From positions 139,254,001 to 139,318,000 of the forward strand of contig NC_086097.1 of assembly GCF_963921235.1 (NCBI RefSeq): DNA of 64,000 nucleotides. The letters are read 5' to 3'. Both the position numbers and the translations under genes were made by a program. This document shows positions 50,313 through 62,344 of this stretch, one piece after another. Source of the stretch: Mobula hypostoma (lineage: Eukaryota). Position 1 is the stretch's first letter; every line of letters starts with the position of its first letter. The notes beneath the pieces are model-generated. The model saw only the letters and a list, made by a program, of their open reading frames with translations, was not told where the DNA came from and searched no databases.

Positions 50313-50501
50313 CCCTAGGAGTTGGGTACAGCTGGAATCCATCAGCGCTCAATATCCTTGTAGGGGACACAATCCACTGGCGGTGGGAGGCCGCACCTCT
50401 CGTCCAGGGCTTGAGCTACCGAGTCTTCAGTGTCTCCAAGTCCTGTGATGTGAATTACAAAGGCAGGGGCTTTATAAGTGGAAATACCGGCACTCCATCA
50501 G
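50313..50501 (+). CDS. PKHD1L1: exon 25 (GC donor)
   Basis: cag|CC...TCAG|gcaagt; LGVGYSWNPSALNILVGDTIHWRWEAAPLVQGLSYRVFSVS...GFISGNTGTPSG; phase 1-1. Confidence 0.9.
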
Positions 50502-50585
50502 GCAAGTACCCCATCTGTGCATTTAATCTAACTGGTATAACCCAGCTGATAGGGCCTTGTCATATGTCTAAAGTTCATCTTTGTT

Positions 50586-51220
50586 ACACACACAAAATTC
50601 TGGAGGAACTCAGCAGGTCAGGCAGCATCTATGGAGGGAAACAAACAGTCAACATTTCAGGCTGACACCCTTCATTGGGACTGGAAAGAAGCGGGGGTGC
50701 ACAGAAAGCCAGAATGTGAAGATGGGGGAGGGGAAGGAGTACAAGCTGGCAGGTGATAGGTAAAGCCAGGGGAAGGGGATGAAGTGAGAAGCTAGCAGGT
50801 GAGAGGAGGAGAAGGTAAAGGGCTAAAGATGAAGGAATCTGATAGGAGAGGGAGAAAGGGAAGGAGGAGGACTCCAGGGGTAGCTGTTGGGCAGGTGGGA
50901 AGACAAAGGGCAAGAGGGGAGCCAGAATGGGAAACAGAAAAAGGGAGAATGCTGAGGGGATAGAAATACTAGAAGTGAGAGAAATTGATGTTCATGCCAT
51001 CAGGTTGATATCAGACAGAATATGAAGTGTTGCTATTCCAACCCGAGTGCGGCCTCATTGTGGCAGTGGAAAAGTCCATGGACCGACACATCAGAATAGG
51101 AAGTCAAATTAAAATGGGTGGCCACCAGGAAGTCCTGCCTGTTCTGGCAGATGTTCCCTTCAGCATTTTATGTGTGTTGCTCTGGATCTCCAGCAGCCTC
51201 AAAATCTCTTGTGCTCACCT
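50586..51220 (-). mobile_element. Penelope-like 3' end remnant
   Basis: Similar to 19900-20520 (gcagcatctat, purine-rich tract, atgttcatgccatcaggttg). Confidence 0.75.
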
Positions 51221-51786
51221 TGGTTACTTTTTCAGATTTAACAGCATTTCTTCTGGGTGTTCTAATAATTTCATTCACACTGTGGAACAAAACTGAGCTG
51301 GGACATGGGGAAATGTTTCAGCAGGGACTGGCCTTTCTCCAGCACCTAACATAGCCTCGGGATGTCCCAAAGAACTTTCCAGCCCACAGGGTCCTTCTGA
51401 AGTGTAATCACTGTAGAGAACAGAAAAATCTCTCAAAGGGTGTTGTGGAAGTGAGTTGATGATCAGTTGAAGTGATGTTGGACGGGGAATCAGAGCGTGG
51501 GGAGAACTCTCCTGCTCCTCTTCAAGCACTTAGTCTCTGCACCAATCCTACACTCATTTCCTTTTATTCTCTTCATGTTCCCAATCAACTCCTACAGTCC
51601 TTAGGGTCTCCTAAACTTTTCTACCCTGCTTCCCACATTATCACAATGTCTACTGCCAGAAGACCTTCACTGGCTGTCAATTGCTTGTGAAGATCCGGAG
51701 ATCACAGAAGGTTATACATAAATGCCCGAGTTTTCCTTTCTTTATGCTGGTTAAGCTGACCAAGAAATCTCCCTTTTTCCATGTAG

Positions 51787-51957
51787 GCTTTTTCTCCCAC
51801 CGCTTCACCTCCCCTGGCTCGTTTTTCTACAGCAGTGGTTACATCGACCAGAACAAAAAGATCTTCCTACAAGGCACAGTGCATGTGAGGGCAGCAGAGG
51901 AGAACTCCCTAAACCTGCACGTTTCTGTGGCTGCAATTGAGGCAGAATACCTATCTG
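51787..51957 (+). CDS. PKHD1L1: exon 26
   Basis: tag|GC...TCTG|gtgagc; FFSHRFTSPGSFFYSSGYIDQNKKIFLQGTVHV...EAEYLSG; phase 1-1. Confidence 0.92.
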
Positions 51958-52759
51958 GTGAGCTCATCCACTTTCAGTCTGCAGATTTTCAGGCAGTACC
52001 AGGACCAGGTTAACAGAAATCCAAATCAGGTTTATATGTCTTATATGATATGAAATTTGTTATCTTACAGCAGAGCAAAGACATAAAATTACTATAAATT
52101 ACAAAATAAATCAATGGTGCAAAAAATAATGAGGTCATCTTCATGGATTCATGGACCATTCAGAAATCTGATGGTGGAGGGGAAGAAGGTGTTCCTAAAT
52201 CATTGAGTGGGGGTCTTCTGGCTCCCTAATGCTAGTAGTGAGAAGAGGACATGTCCCAGATCCTCTCAGCTCCCTGGCTGGGTTAGGTTTGTTGCTATTA
52301 AAGAGGTCACCCATTAAGTGAGGCACTAGTATTGCCCAATAGATATCATTGCTGTTCAAGATGTGGCTAAAACTTCTTTGAGCAAAAAATGCTAACTTCG
52401 GGAGAGTATACATTGTAGATAAGTGGACCAATGTTCTCCAATCATGAAGTTCCCTGTCATTACAGCTGTTCAGTGACCAAGGTAGTGGCGAACAATTATC
52501 AACACGTATTTGCATCCATTGTATCTGCTGTGTTTTACCATTAATAGGAAACGCAATGAAGCAGAAAGAAATCTCAGAGTACACAACCAAGCATGAGTGA
52601 ATCTAGGGACGGGGATGACAGGCCCCTCACTGTAATCTGTCAGTCAATGATTTTTCCAGAGAGTGTCTGGGTGAGAACAAAGGGTGTAACCTGTGAAGTA
52701 GGGCTTCAAACAGAGTCTTCCTTTTTCAAATATCTGCTGACCCTTATTCAGCATTAAGC

Positions 52760-53160
52760 ACATGAGGTGGGTGACACTGCCTCACAGACTCAGTAGCTCA
52801 AGCCCTGGATGAGAGGTGGGGCCTTCCACCGCCAGTGGATTGTGTCCCCCACAAGGATATTGAGCGCTGATGGATTCCATTTTCAGTCCCAACCTCAGGT
52901 GCTGTGTCTGTGGAGTTTGCAAGTTCTCCCTGTGACTTCTCTCAGCCGCTCCACTTTCTCTCACCCTGAAGGCGTGTGGGTTGGTGGGTTAATTGTTCAC
53001 AGTAAATTGCACCTGGTGTGGGGGCGAGAGCTGAAATCCTGGGGCATGGGGAGCTGATGGGAATATGGGAATCAAAAAATGGGGTTAGTATAGAATTAGA
53101 GTAAATAGTGTTTAAAGTGTTGGTGTGGACTCAGTAGACAAGTGTTACCATGCTGTATAA
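52760..53160 (+). mobile_element. tRNA-derived SINE interrupted by an inverted PKHD1L1 exon fragment
   Basis: cactgcctcacag [insert] ...ggtgctgtgtctgtggagtttgcaagttctccctgtgac SINE body. Confidence 0.7.
52786..52879 (-). repeat. inverted duplicate of exon 25 segment 50333..50426
   Basis: Ungapped reverse-complement match, 89/94 nt by eye. Confidence 0.95.
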
Positions 53161-53322
53161 GACTGAGACAGCATAACCGTCGAAAGCAATTAAACAGTAA
53201 GAAACTTTAAACAAAATTCTCCCATATTACCTTTCCTTTTATAGCTTGATGTAACTTTGTGCAAGGTTAAAGAAGGTAATGGATGTGTCTCTTGCACAGA
53301 ATATCTGTAATAAATGTAAATG

Positions 53323-54085
53323 CAGTGGATTCTGGTTAATTGGGCCATTGGTTAATCAGGGAAGCCATTTATTTGGGACAACTCTTAAAGAACAAAAATA
53401 ATCTAGAAAATAGCTGGGATTCCTTTCATTTATTTGGAATGCTATGCCACTTAATTGGGGTAGAAGATTGCTACTAAACAGTTTCTAACTAGTGTCAGAC
53501 GACTGCACTGATGTGGCCATTAGATACTACACCTACCTTAGAATGAACAGATTTTAAATAGTGTCGGTTGGGTACACGTGTTCCAAAAGCAGTGATTTTT
53601 GTCACTGATAGTTGGCAAGAAATAAGCAACAAGACAATTCAGAGCTGCTTTGCTCAGTGCAGGTTTCAAGCATTTAGGCCGGGAGTGAAAATGAAACAAT
53701 TTCATTACTTCAGCAGATTACAAACTATAAATAATTTGAAGGTATTAACAATCACCTTGAACGCTACAATGAAAGTGATGATTTGGAGGATGCAATCATC
53801 AAATCGCATTATGTGAAGGCAATCCATTACCTACACAAGGTGTATGCAGCATACAGATATACTGGTTGAATTTAGAATTTACGATTCCTCCGTCGATAAC
53901 AATTGGGAATTAATACACAGCTTTATAGTACTATACTAGTATTGATGGTGCTTTAATTTGTTCTGTATTTCACTTAAGTACATAATTTGTTACTTTTTCC
54001 GTGAAACTTCGGCTAATTGGGACAGCTGTTTAAATGGGCCAAAATGTATTGGTCTCAATGTGTCCCTATTAACTGGAATCCTGTG
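53323..54085 (+). mobile_element. Tigger/pogo-like non-autonomous DNA transposon
   Basis: Imperfect TIRs cagtggattctggttaat / attaactggaatcctgtg followed by TA; AVIFVTDSWQEISNKTIQSCFAQCRF resembles a pogo transposase C-terminus. Confidence 0.7.
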
Positions 54086-54589
54086 TATTGTAAATTTATC
54101 TGTAGTATGAGATCCCCCAGACCAAAGAGGAACATTCTCACATCATTTACTAGATTGGCATAACATTTTGGAAGACAATTTCAGAACTGTAGACCCAGGC
54201 AGCTGAAGCTGCAGCCACCAGTGACTGAAATCCAGGGTGATCAAGAGGCCCAACTGCTACAGTGCAAGTTTCTGTATGAGCCACAGCTCCAAAGCCATTG
54301 GGCCCTGCCAGTTGATACTTTCATTTGTGATCCATTTGAACTTCCTCCTGCCTTTCTGCATCTAAATCTGTAAGTGTTCCTCCCCACTCATGTATGTGAC
54401 CATTTATCTTGATCCCTCCCAATAGGAGCGTGTCCCATGTTCTCACTGATCTTTGGATGGAGAAGTTTCTCCTGAATTCCCTGTGGGATTTTGTGGTGAT
54501 CATCTGACAATGCCACCCTGCAGTTCAGCACTTTCTAACATGTGGAAACTTGCTCTCTACATCCCCTCCTTTAGAATCTTCCATGATTC

Positions 54590-55137
54590 TTGGAGTACCG
54601 TGTTCAGTTCTGGTCATCTCACCACAGGAAGGGTGTAGATACTATAGAAAGAGTGCAGAGGAGATTTACAAGGATGTTTCCTAGATTGGAAAGCATGCCT
54701 TATGAGAATAGGTCGAGTGAACTTGGCCTTTTCTCCTTGGAGCGACAGAGGATGAAAAGTGACCTGATAGAGGTGTATAAGATGATGAGAGGCATTGATC
54801 ATGTGGATAGCCAGAGACTTTTTCCCAGGGCTGAAATGGCTAACATGAGGGGGCATAGTTTTAAGATGCATGAAAATAGGTACGAGGGGATGTCAGGGGT
54901 AAGTTTTCACACAGAGAGTAGTGGGTGCATAGAATGCGCTGCCAGCGACAGTGGTGGAGGTGGATACAATAGGGTCTTTAAGAGACTCTTAGATAGGAAT
55001 ATGGAGCTTAGAAAAATAGAGGGCTATGCGGTAGGGAAACTCTAGGCTGTTTCTAGACTAGGTTTCATGGTCGGCAGAACACTGAGGGCCAAAGGCCTGT
55101 AATGTGCTGTAGATGTCTATGTTTCTATAGTTCTATG
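54590..55137 (+). mobile_element. CR1 3' fragment
   Basis: LEYRVQFWS...ERVQRRFTRM...LGLFSLE...DLIEVYKMMRGID; ctatgtttctatag tail. Confidence 0.9.
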
Positions 55138-55649
55138 ATGAGCTATGCTATACTCCCAAGTCTCTGTTCTGACAGTCAGCAATCTTTTCTGCTGCTGCTT
55201 CTAACTTAATATTCATGATCATTTGTCTAATCTTAAAAACCTAGATAAGTTCCATCTACTGTTTCACCTTCTGTTACTTTGAGAACATAATATGGTAGAC
55301 CAAAACTTCCCACCTTGAAACCTATTGATTATTATACTTTTCATCCCTAGACATTCTTCTACTCTTTAGTGGCACTCTGTTATCTTTTCCATCACCAATG
55401 TTTGCTGAAGGGTCAATAATTCTTTGGACATATTCTGTCCCCTTTCTGAAGCACAGGTACTACCTCAGCTATCCACCAGTCCTCTGTCTCTGCCCCTGCG
55501 AACAAATTATTCAATAAATGCACTGAAACACTTGCTACCACTTCCTCAGATTCTTTGAAATCTGTGTGTGTATGTGATCTTTCTGAACCAAGGTTTGTAA
55601 TCATCTCTGAATTTAACTCGCTTCTTTGAAAGCAACTATGCAGTGAAGA

Positions 55650-56235
55650 AAATAGTTGAGAGAGGTAAATGGCATGTTGACTTCCAGAAGCCTTGAGCTC
55701 AGGAGTAAAGATGTGCTTCTACAGTTATGCAGAGGCTTGACACCTGGAGTACGGTGCACAGCTTTGGTCTCCTTATTGAAGGAAAAATAACCTTGCCATG
55801 GAGGGAGTACAGTGAACCAGACTGGTTCGTGGGATGATGGGACTTTTGTATGAGGAGAAATTGGGTTGACTCAAATTGTATACATTAGAGATCAGAAGGA
55901 TAATTTGGCTCTCATTAAAATACTTGACAGGGCTCAATAGTTTGGATGTGGGGAGAATGGTTTCCTGCCTGGAGAAGAGAGCTGGTAGAGGTGGAGGGTG
56001 GCTGGGTCATGGTCTCAGAATTTCGTACCTAGAGGATTTCTTCACCAGAGTGCGGTACACTTAGAGTTCTCTCTCACATTTGGCCAGGTCAGTTTATATA
56101 CATAAGGAGGTGATAGAGCTTTGGACTCAAGGTCTTGGATGTTGAGATAAGAGGATTACCCATGATCATATTGAATGGTGCAGAAGATTCAAAGGCCAAT
56201 TGTCTTTTGGTGCTCCAGTTTTTTGCTATTTCTTG
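55650..56235 (+). mobile_element. degenerate CR1 3' fragment
   Basis: cacctggagtac...tttggtctcc and YTLEIRR...YLTGLNSLDVGRM remnants. Confidence 0.6.
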
Positions 56236-56559
56236 TTGCCAGGTCAGAGGAGCTGCAGGGTGCTATGGAGATGGGAGACTGAGGGAAGGAGTCAACAGGA
56301 CAGGCAGCACCTGTAGAGGGAAATGGACAGTTGCAGGTCAAGATTTCAGCTGCACTGAGAATTGTAGAAACAAGGACTTGCCAAACTAGGGCAGGTAGAG
56401 TTCACCCAGCAAACTTCTAGAAAGGACACCAGCAGACTGAGGAAATGGAACCATTCTGGACAACTGCTGTCCAGGAATCCAGCTGGAGGTACTGGTCTCG
56501 ACGTATTGCTTTCCTTGTACCCCACTCCCTGGGCTGACAACATATTCTTCCGTCCCCAG

Positions 56560-56789
56560 GACACCTGGAGACGGCACAGTCACAACAAGATCATGGTGGT
56601 GACTGTACAGCAGCCAAGCCCACCTGTCCCCAGTCGGGCAACAGCACTTCAGACAGCGATGGATTCACGTTTCTCCTGTCTCCCTGCTACTCCCCCACCA
56701 TCAACAGCATCACGCCATCTAATGGTACTATATACAACAAACTCACCATCGTGGGCACTGGATTCAGCAACGTCACCTGTGCTAATGAG
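56560..56789 (+). CDS. PKHD1L1: exon 27
   Basis: cag|GA...GAG|gtaatt; ...FTFLLSPCYSPTINSITPSNGTIYNKLTIVGTGFSNVTCANE; phase 1-0. Confidence 0.9.
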
Positions 56790-57322
56790 GTAATTCAATA
56801 TCGTTTCACCCTTACTCCTTCCTCGGCACTGCAGGCCAGACCAACATCTATTGTCCGTCCCCACTGGGTGGGTCACCTTCTCAAATGTGTGACCTGCTGC
56901 TGATGATTTTCCCATGGTTTGCTGGGAACAAAGTTCCACACTTTCAATTCGGTGCCAATGTTGTGTTTTAATGTACAACCATTCACAACAAAATTTTAAT
57001 TTAGCCCCTATTTATCAATGTAACTACCAGGGCGTTTATCTCTTTAATTATATTGCACTGAAGGAAACATCCAGAATCTTTTACAGTCGGTAAAATAATT
57101 CTCTCTCTATCTGTCAATGTTTTTGCCCTCCCCGCTCTATTTCTCCATACTGTTCATCTCACTGTGTCTCCCCACTTCTCGTTCTCCTCCCTGCCTTTAA
57201 CATCTCCTTGGGTCAGGCCATTGCAGATTGGAACATACCAGCATTGAGTTCAGTCGGACAGTGCAGGTTGGAAGTTTGCTGCCCGGCGTGAGCCCTCATT
57301 CAGCTGTTCTGTCTTGTTTCAG

Positions 57323-58310
57323 GTGAGAGTTGGGCAGCACCGTTGCATCATTGAACACAGCACGGAGTGGGAGATCCTGTGCCATGTGGATGTAGAGGAA
57401 GGGATGGAAGTTGGAGTGGCAGCTCTGGTGTCAGTGAATGTCCACAATCATGGTTCTGTCATCTCCACGCCTTCTGACGAATTCAGCCGCCACTTTGTGC
57501 TGCTCCCTCACCTGGACAGGGTGACCCCCAGCCTGGGCTCCACCACAGGACGGACCAGGGTCACCCTCACCGGCTCAGGCTTTGGAAAGTCCCCCAGTAC
57601 CATCCAGGTGCAGCTGGCATCTGTGCCCTGCACGGTTGTATCTGTGAATTACACGCATATCTCCTGTGATTCATCCGCCTCCGTTGTCTCCAGTGGGACC
57701 GTCAGCATTTGGGTACGAGGTCTCTTGGCCACGTGTACCGGCTCCTGTAACTTCACCTACACTGAGAGCATCACACCAAGCGTGCTGACTGTCTCCCCAG
57801 ATGTCCTGGACACTGTCTACACTGATGTGACCATAAGTGGCCGAGGATTTGGCAGCCAAGTCGAGATGGTTTTTATTTTAGTTGGCACTGCCAGCTATAG
57901 ACCCGCTGATGTTTCAGACACTAGCCTGTACACGACTGTGGGACCCCTGCCTGTTGGTCAACACTCCCTCAGGGTCTTGATCTTGGACAAGGGTTTATCT
58001 GCCGAGACTCTGTGGCTCACCAGTGCTACCACAGCTTCTCTGCTCCCAGCCTCAGGAGGGATTAACGGAGGCACCACGTTGTCCATCACGGGGAACGGTT
58101 TTGTCCGGGGTGCCACCACTGTGACGGTTGATGGCTCCACTTGCCGCATTCTCACCAGCACCCCGGGAGAAGTCAAGTGTGTCTCCCCGGCCTGCGGCCC
58201 AGGCACTGTCCAAGTAAAGGTTACAGTTCATTCCACGGTGTACCCACTCCTGACCTTCACCTGCAACCAAACGGAGACGCCCACTATTCTGGCTGCCTCT
58301 CCAACCACCG
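57323..58310 (+). CDS. PKHD1L1: exon 28, large 988-nt exon with several IPT/TIG repeats
   Basis: cag|GTG...ACCG|gtgaat; ORF 57314..58456 with repeated P.GS..G.T.VT.TG.GF motifs; phase 0-1. Confidence 0.95.
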
Positions 58311-58689
58311 GTGAATGCTCATTGGAACATCTTCCTCCAGTGCCCAGTTCAATACCAGCCCAGTACACTGCACCCATTCCACACCACCCCCTTCCATTCA
58401 CAACCATCCCACCCTTAGCCAACACTCACCCATCCAATCCACGCCATCCCACCTGATCCCAAACCATCCATCCCAATAAAGTACAACCTTTCTCCAACCA
58501 TCCTCAACACCCGTTCACCCCATTCTCACCTTTCCCCAATACCCACCCGTTCACCCCATTCTCGCCTTTCCCCAATACCCACCCAATTCATTGGGTCAGA
58601 TCTTTGCTGTCAGTGGCCTTTCACTCTAGAACTTGAACTCGCCCTCGAGGACCTAGCTGGAGGTATGAACTGGAGGAGGCAGAAGCTAT

Positions 58690-60074
58690 GCAGGATGATG
58701 GGGTTGGTTAGAATTACATAGAGTTTACACACAGAATTAGACCATCCTGCCCAGTGCAGGGTGATGGGTTTGGTTAGAATCATATAGAGGTTACACACAG
58801 AATTAGACCATCATGCCCAGTGCAGAACGATGGGGTTGGTTAGAATTACATAAAGTTTACACACAGAATTAGACCATCCTGCCCAATGCAGTATGATGGG
58901 GTTGGTTAGAATTACGTAGAGGTTACACACAGAACTAGACCATCTTGCCCAATGCAGGATGATGGGGTTGGTTAGAATTACATCAAGTTTTCACACGGAA
59001 TTAGACCATCCTGCCCAGTGCAGGATGATGGGGCTGGTTAGAATTACATCAAGTTTTCACACGGAATTAGACCATCCTGCCCAGTGCAGGATGATGGGCT
59101 GGTCAGAATTACATCGAGGTTACACACAGAATTAGACCATCCTGCCCAATGCAGTATGATGGGGTTGGTTAGAATTACGTAGAGGTTACACACAGAATTA
59201 GACCATCCTGCCCAATGCAGGATGATGGGGTTGGTTAGAATTACATCAAGTTTTCACACAGAATTAGACCATCCTGCCCAGTGCAGTATGATGGGGTTGG
59301 TTAGAATTACGTAGAGGTTACACACAGAATTAGACCATCTTGCCCAATGCAGGAGGATGGGGTTGGTTAGAATTACATCAAGTTTTCACACAGAATTAGA
59401 CCATCCTGCCCAGTGCAAGATGATGGGGCTGGTTAGAATTACATAGAGGTTACACACAGAATTACACCATCATGCACAGTGCAGGATGATGGGGTTGGTT
59501 AGAGTTACATAGAGGTTACACACAGAATTAGACCATCTTGCCCAATGCAAAATGATGGGGTTGGTTAGAATTACATCGAGTTTACACACAGAATTAGACC
59601 ATCCTGCCCAATGCAGGATGATGGGGTTGGTTAGAATTACATTGAGTTTACACACAGAATTAGACCATCCTGCCCAATCCAGGGTGTTGGGGTTGGTTAG
59701 AATTATATTGAGTTTACACACAGAATTAGACCATCCTGCCCAATGCAGGATGATGGGGTTGGTTAGAATTACATTGAGTTTACACACAGAATTAGACCAT
59801 CCTGCCCAATGCAGGATGATGGGGTTGGTTAGAATTACATTGAGTTTACACACAGAATTAGACCATCCTGCCCAGTGCAGGATGATGGGGTTGGTTAGAA
59901 TTACATAGAACTTACACACAGAATCAGACCATCCTGCCCAGTGCAGGGTGTTGGGGTTGGTTAGAATTACATAGAACTTACACACAGAATTAGGCAATCC
60001 TGCCCAATGCAGGATGATGGGGTTGGTTAGAATTACATTGAGTTTACACACAGAATTAGACCATCCCGCCCAAT
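58690..60074. repeat. 66-bp minisatellite, ~21 units
   Basis: Unit gcaggatgatggggttggttagaattacatagagtttacacacagaattagaccatcctgcccagt; period 66 (e.g. 59821 to 59887). Confidence 0.97.
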
Positions 60075-60215
60075 GCTCTGCATGAGCTCACCACCACTCT
60101 CCTTCCTCACAACCCATCTCCAAACTCTTCACAGCCTGTTCTTAATGATCATTCTACATCCCCTAGATCAAACTGAACCCAGGAGATGTTTTAACAACTC
60201 CGTCATTTGTTTTAG

Positions 60216-60464
60216 GTGTAAGTGGAACAAGACTCACCATTCTTGGGCAAAGCTTGGGATCTGTTGTCTCTGAGGTCATGGTGTCAATCGATGGCGTCCT
60301 GTGCAGTGTGACCACGGCTAATGAGAGCTGTGTGGAGTGCACTGTAGGACATCACGCTGGGGGCAACTTCCCAATCCTGCTGGAACATGTCAGGAGAGGA
60401 TACGCAAACTCTGGCTTCTCGTTTCAGTACCAGCTCAACATAACTTCTGTCTCTCCAGCTGAAG
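60216..60464 (+). CDS. PKHD1L1: exon 29, IPT/TIG (GC donor)
   Basis: tag|GT...GAAG|gcatgt; VSGTRLTILGQSLGS...FQYQLNITSVSPAEG; phase 1-1. Confidence 0.88.
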
Positions 60465-61274
60465 GCATGTATAGATACTTGAATCCTTTTAATGCTTTGA
60501 ACAGGTAAACTAAAAGCAGAAGGAGGCTATTCTGCCCCTCAATCCTATCTCATAAGATCGTGGCTGATTATTTGGTAACTTCAGTTCCACGTTTCTGTGT
60601 ACACCCAGTTATCGTTCATCCCTTGTTCATCAAGATCCTGTCACTGCTGAAAATTATCCAAAGCAGACTCCCACCACCCACTCAGGGAGAGAGCTCCAAA
60701 GACTCAAGACTCCCCAAGAGAACATTTGCCCTGTATAGATGATCCCTTCTTTTTTAAGGTGATTTCTTAAGTCTTCCATTTAACAAGGTGAAACTTCCTT
60801 TCCAAATGTCTCTCAGATTATTTGTTTCAATCAATGGCCCACTTACCCTTGTATTCCTTGGATACCAAATAACCCATGTAGTCAGATGGAGAACATCCCA
60901 ACTCCACACAGCCAGCACCAGGGGTCAGGATTGAGCTGGGGCTATGAGACGGTGGCTCTACCACCGATGGAGATGTCCGTCTGCACGTCCCTGAGCCAAC
61001 CCGGTGATTTTGTTCCGCACCTCCTCCAGAGCTTCACGTCCTGATGCTGCTGAGCACCCGTTCTCCATCTGCAGCTAAACCAAGAGTTTGTTCAGGGTAT
61101 CCTTGCTCTGTGCTGCCCTGAATTACAAAGACCAGCACTCTCGCACTGGTCTGTGAACCCACTCTGCCCTGTGAGTATCTGTTCCTGCACCCTCTCTAGG
61201 GTTGGACACAGCAGTGACAATAGATCTTGTTTCTGGAGCCTCATTTTAACCATGCACATTCTCCCGGTTCCCAG

Positions 61275-61424
61275 GCAGCTTCGGTGGGGGCCTGATCCTG
61301 ATGGTGAAGGGCACTGGATTTGACATACAGAAATCGCGAGTGTTTGTGTGCGACGGTGAATGCAGGGTGGAGCCAGCAACCTCCAGTTCCAGCAGCCTAC
61401 ACTGCCACCTGCCTCTGAATAATG
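61275..61424 (+). CDS. PKHD1L1: exon 30, IPT/TIG
   Basis: cag|GC...AATG|gtgagg; SFGGGLILMVKGTGFDIQKSRVFVCDGECRV...LHCHLPLNNG; phase 1-1. Confidence 0.92.
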
Positions 61425-61644
61425 GTGAGGACCCACACACCACAGTTCAGAAAGATGCCCTGGGTTTGGTCCACTTCAGACTGGGAATCCCACCACAGAC
61501 TGGCCTCTTGCACTTCTGAGGAGGGGAGGGGGAGTGGATTCACTCCCTCCGTCCCTCCCCCACCCCCACACCAATCAATCTGCTTCCGCAGCTGCATTAT
61601 CAATTCTGGTTGGACACAAATCTGGAAATTGTCCATTCATTTGT

Positions 61645-61820
61645 GACACTTCCTCAAGTACTGCCCCTCCCACAGTGTGGCATTCCCTCAGTGCCACCCC
61701 TCCCACTGTGTGCCATTCTCTCAGTGCCACCTGTGCCACGGTGTGCCGTTCCCTCAGTGACACCCCTCCCAGAGCGTGGCATTCCCTCAGTGCCACACCT
61801 CAGTATGGCACTCCCTCAAT
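61645..61820. repeat. degenerate ~33-bp tandem repeat, ~5 units
   Basis: Recurring cattccctcagtgccacccctcccacagtgtgg. Confidence 0.75.
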
Positions 61821-62344
61821 ATCACACCAGAAAGTCTAAGTATTGCACTTAATGCTCTGGGGTTAGCTGTGGCATGACCCTCTGGTCCAGACCTTGGAGA
61901 ATGCAAGATCTACTGATCCAAACACTTCATGTCTCTGCCAGCACTGTTAACATCCCTTACTTCCCACAGCAGGTCTGTGTCCACAGTGCACGAAGCGTTT
62001 CACTGGTGCAGAGTGTGGTGTGTGGGGTGGAGGGTTCAGCAGAAATAAGCTCGTTTGTCAACATTGCCAATCTGTGTTGGATCAGCTTCTTCCTGCACAG
62101 CCGCTGAGAGCACAGGCACAGGTCACACCACACCTCGAATCACATCAACCTCCGAGTGAAGGGAGGAGGTTTACACTCAATTCTTCCAACACGTCACAGA
62201 ACAGCAGCATGTTCTGGGAACCCACAAATGTGGCTGCGGATGGTGACGGGGTAGTTTTGGTTATTTAGAGAAGATGAGAATGCCAGTGATCAATGAGGTT
62301 GGGTACAGTGATGTGGACTGACCCCATGTCACCTGCCTGTCCAG

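Noticed and set aside
58690..60074. CRISPR-like array or coding repeat (ORFs 59470..60051 and 59552..59908)
   Set aside because: No spacers; the ORFs arise from the 66-bp period, and other units contain stops and an indel.
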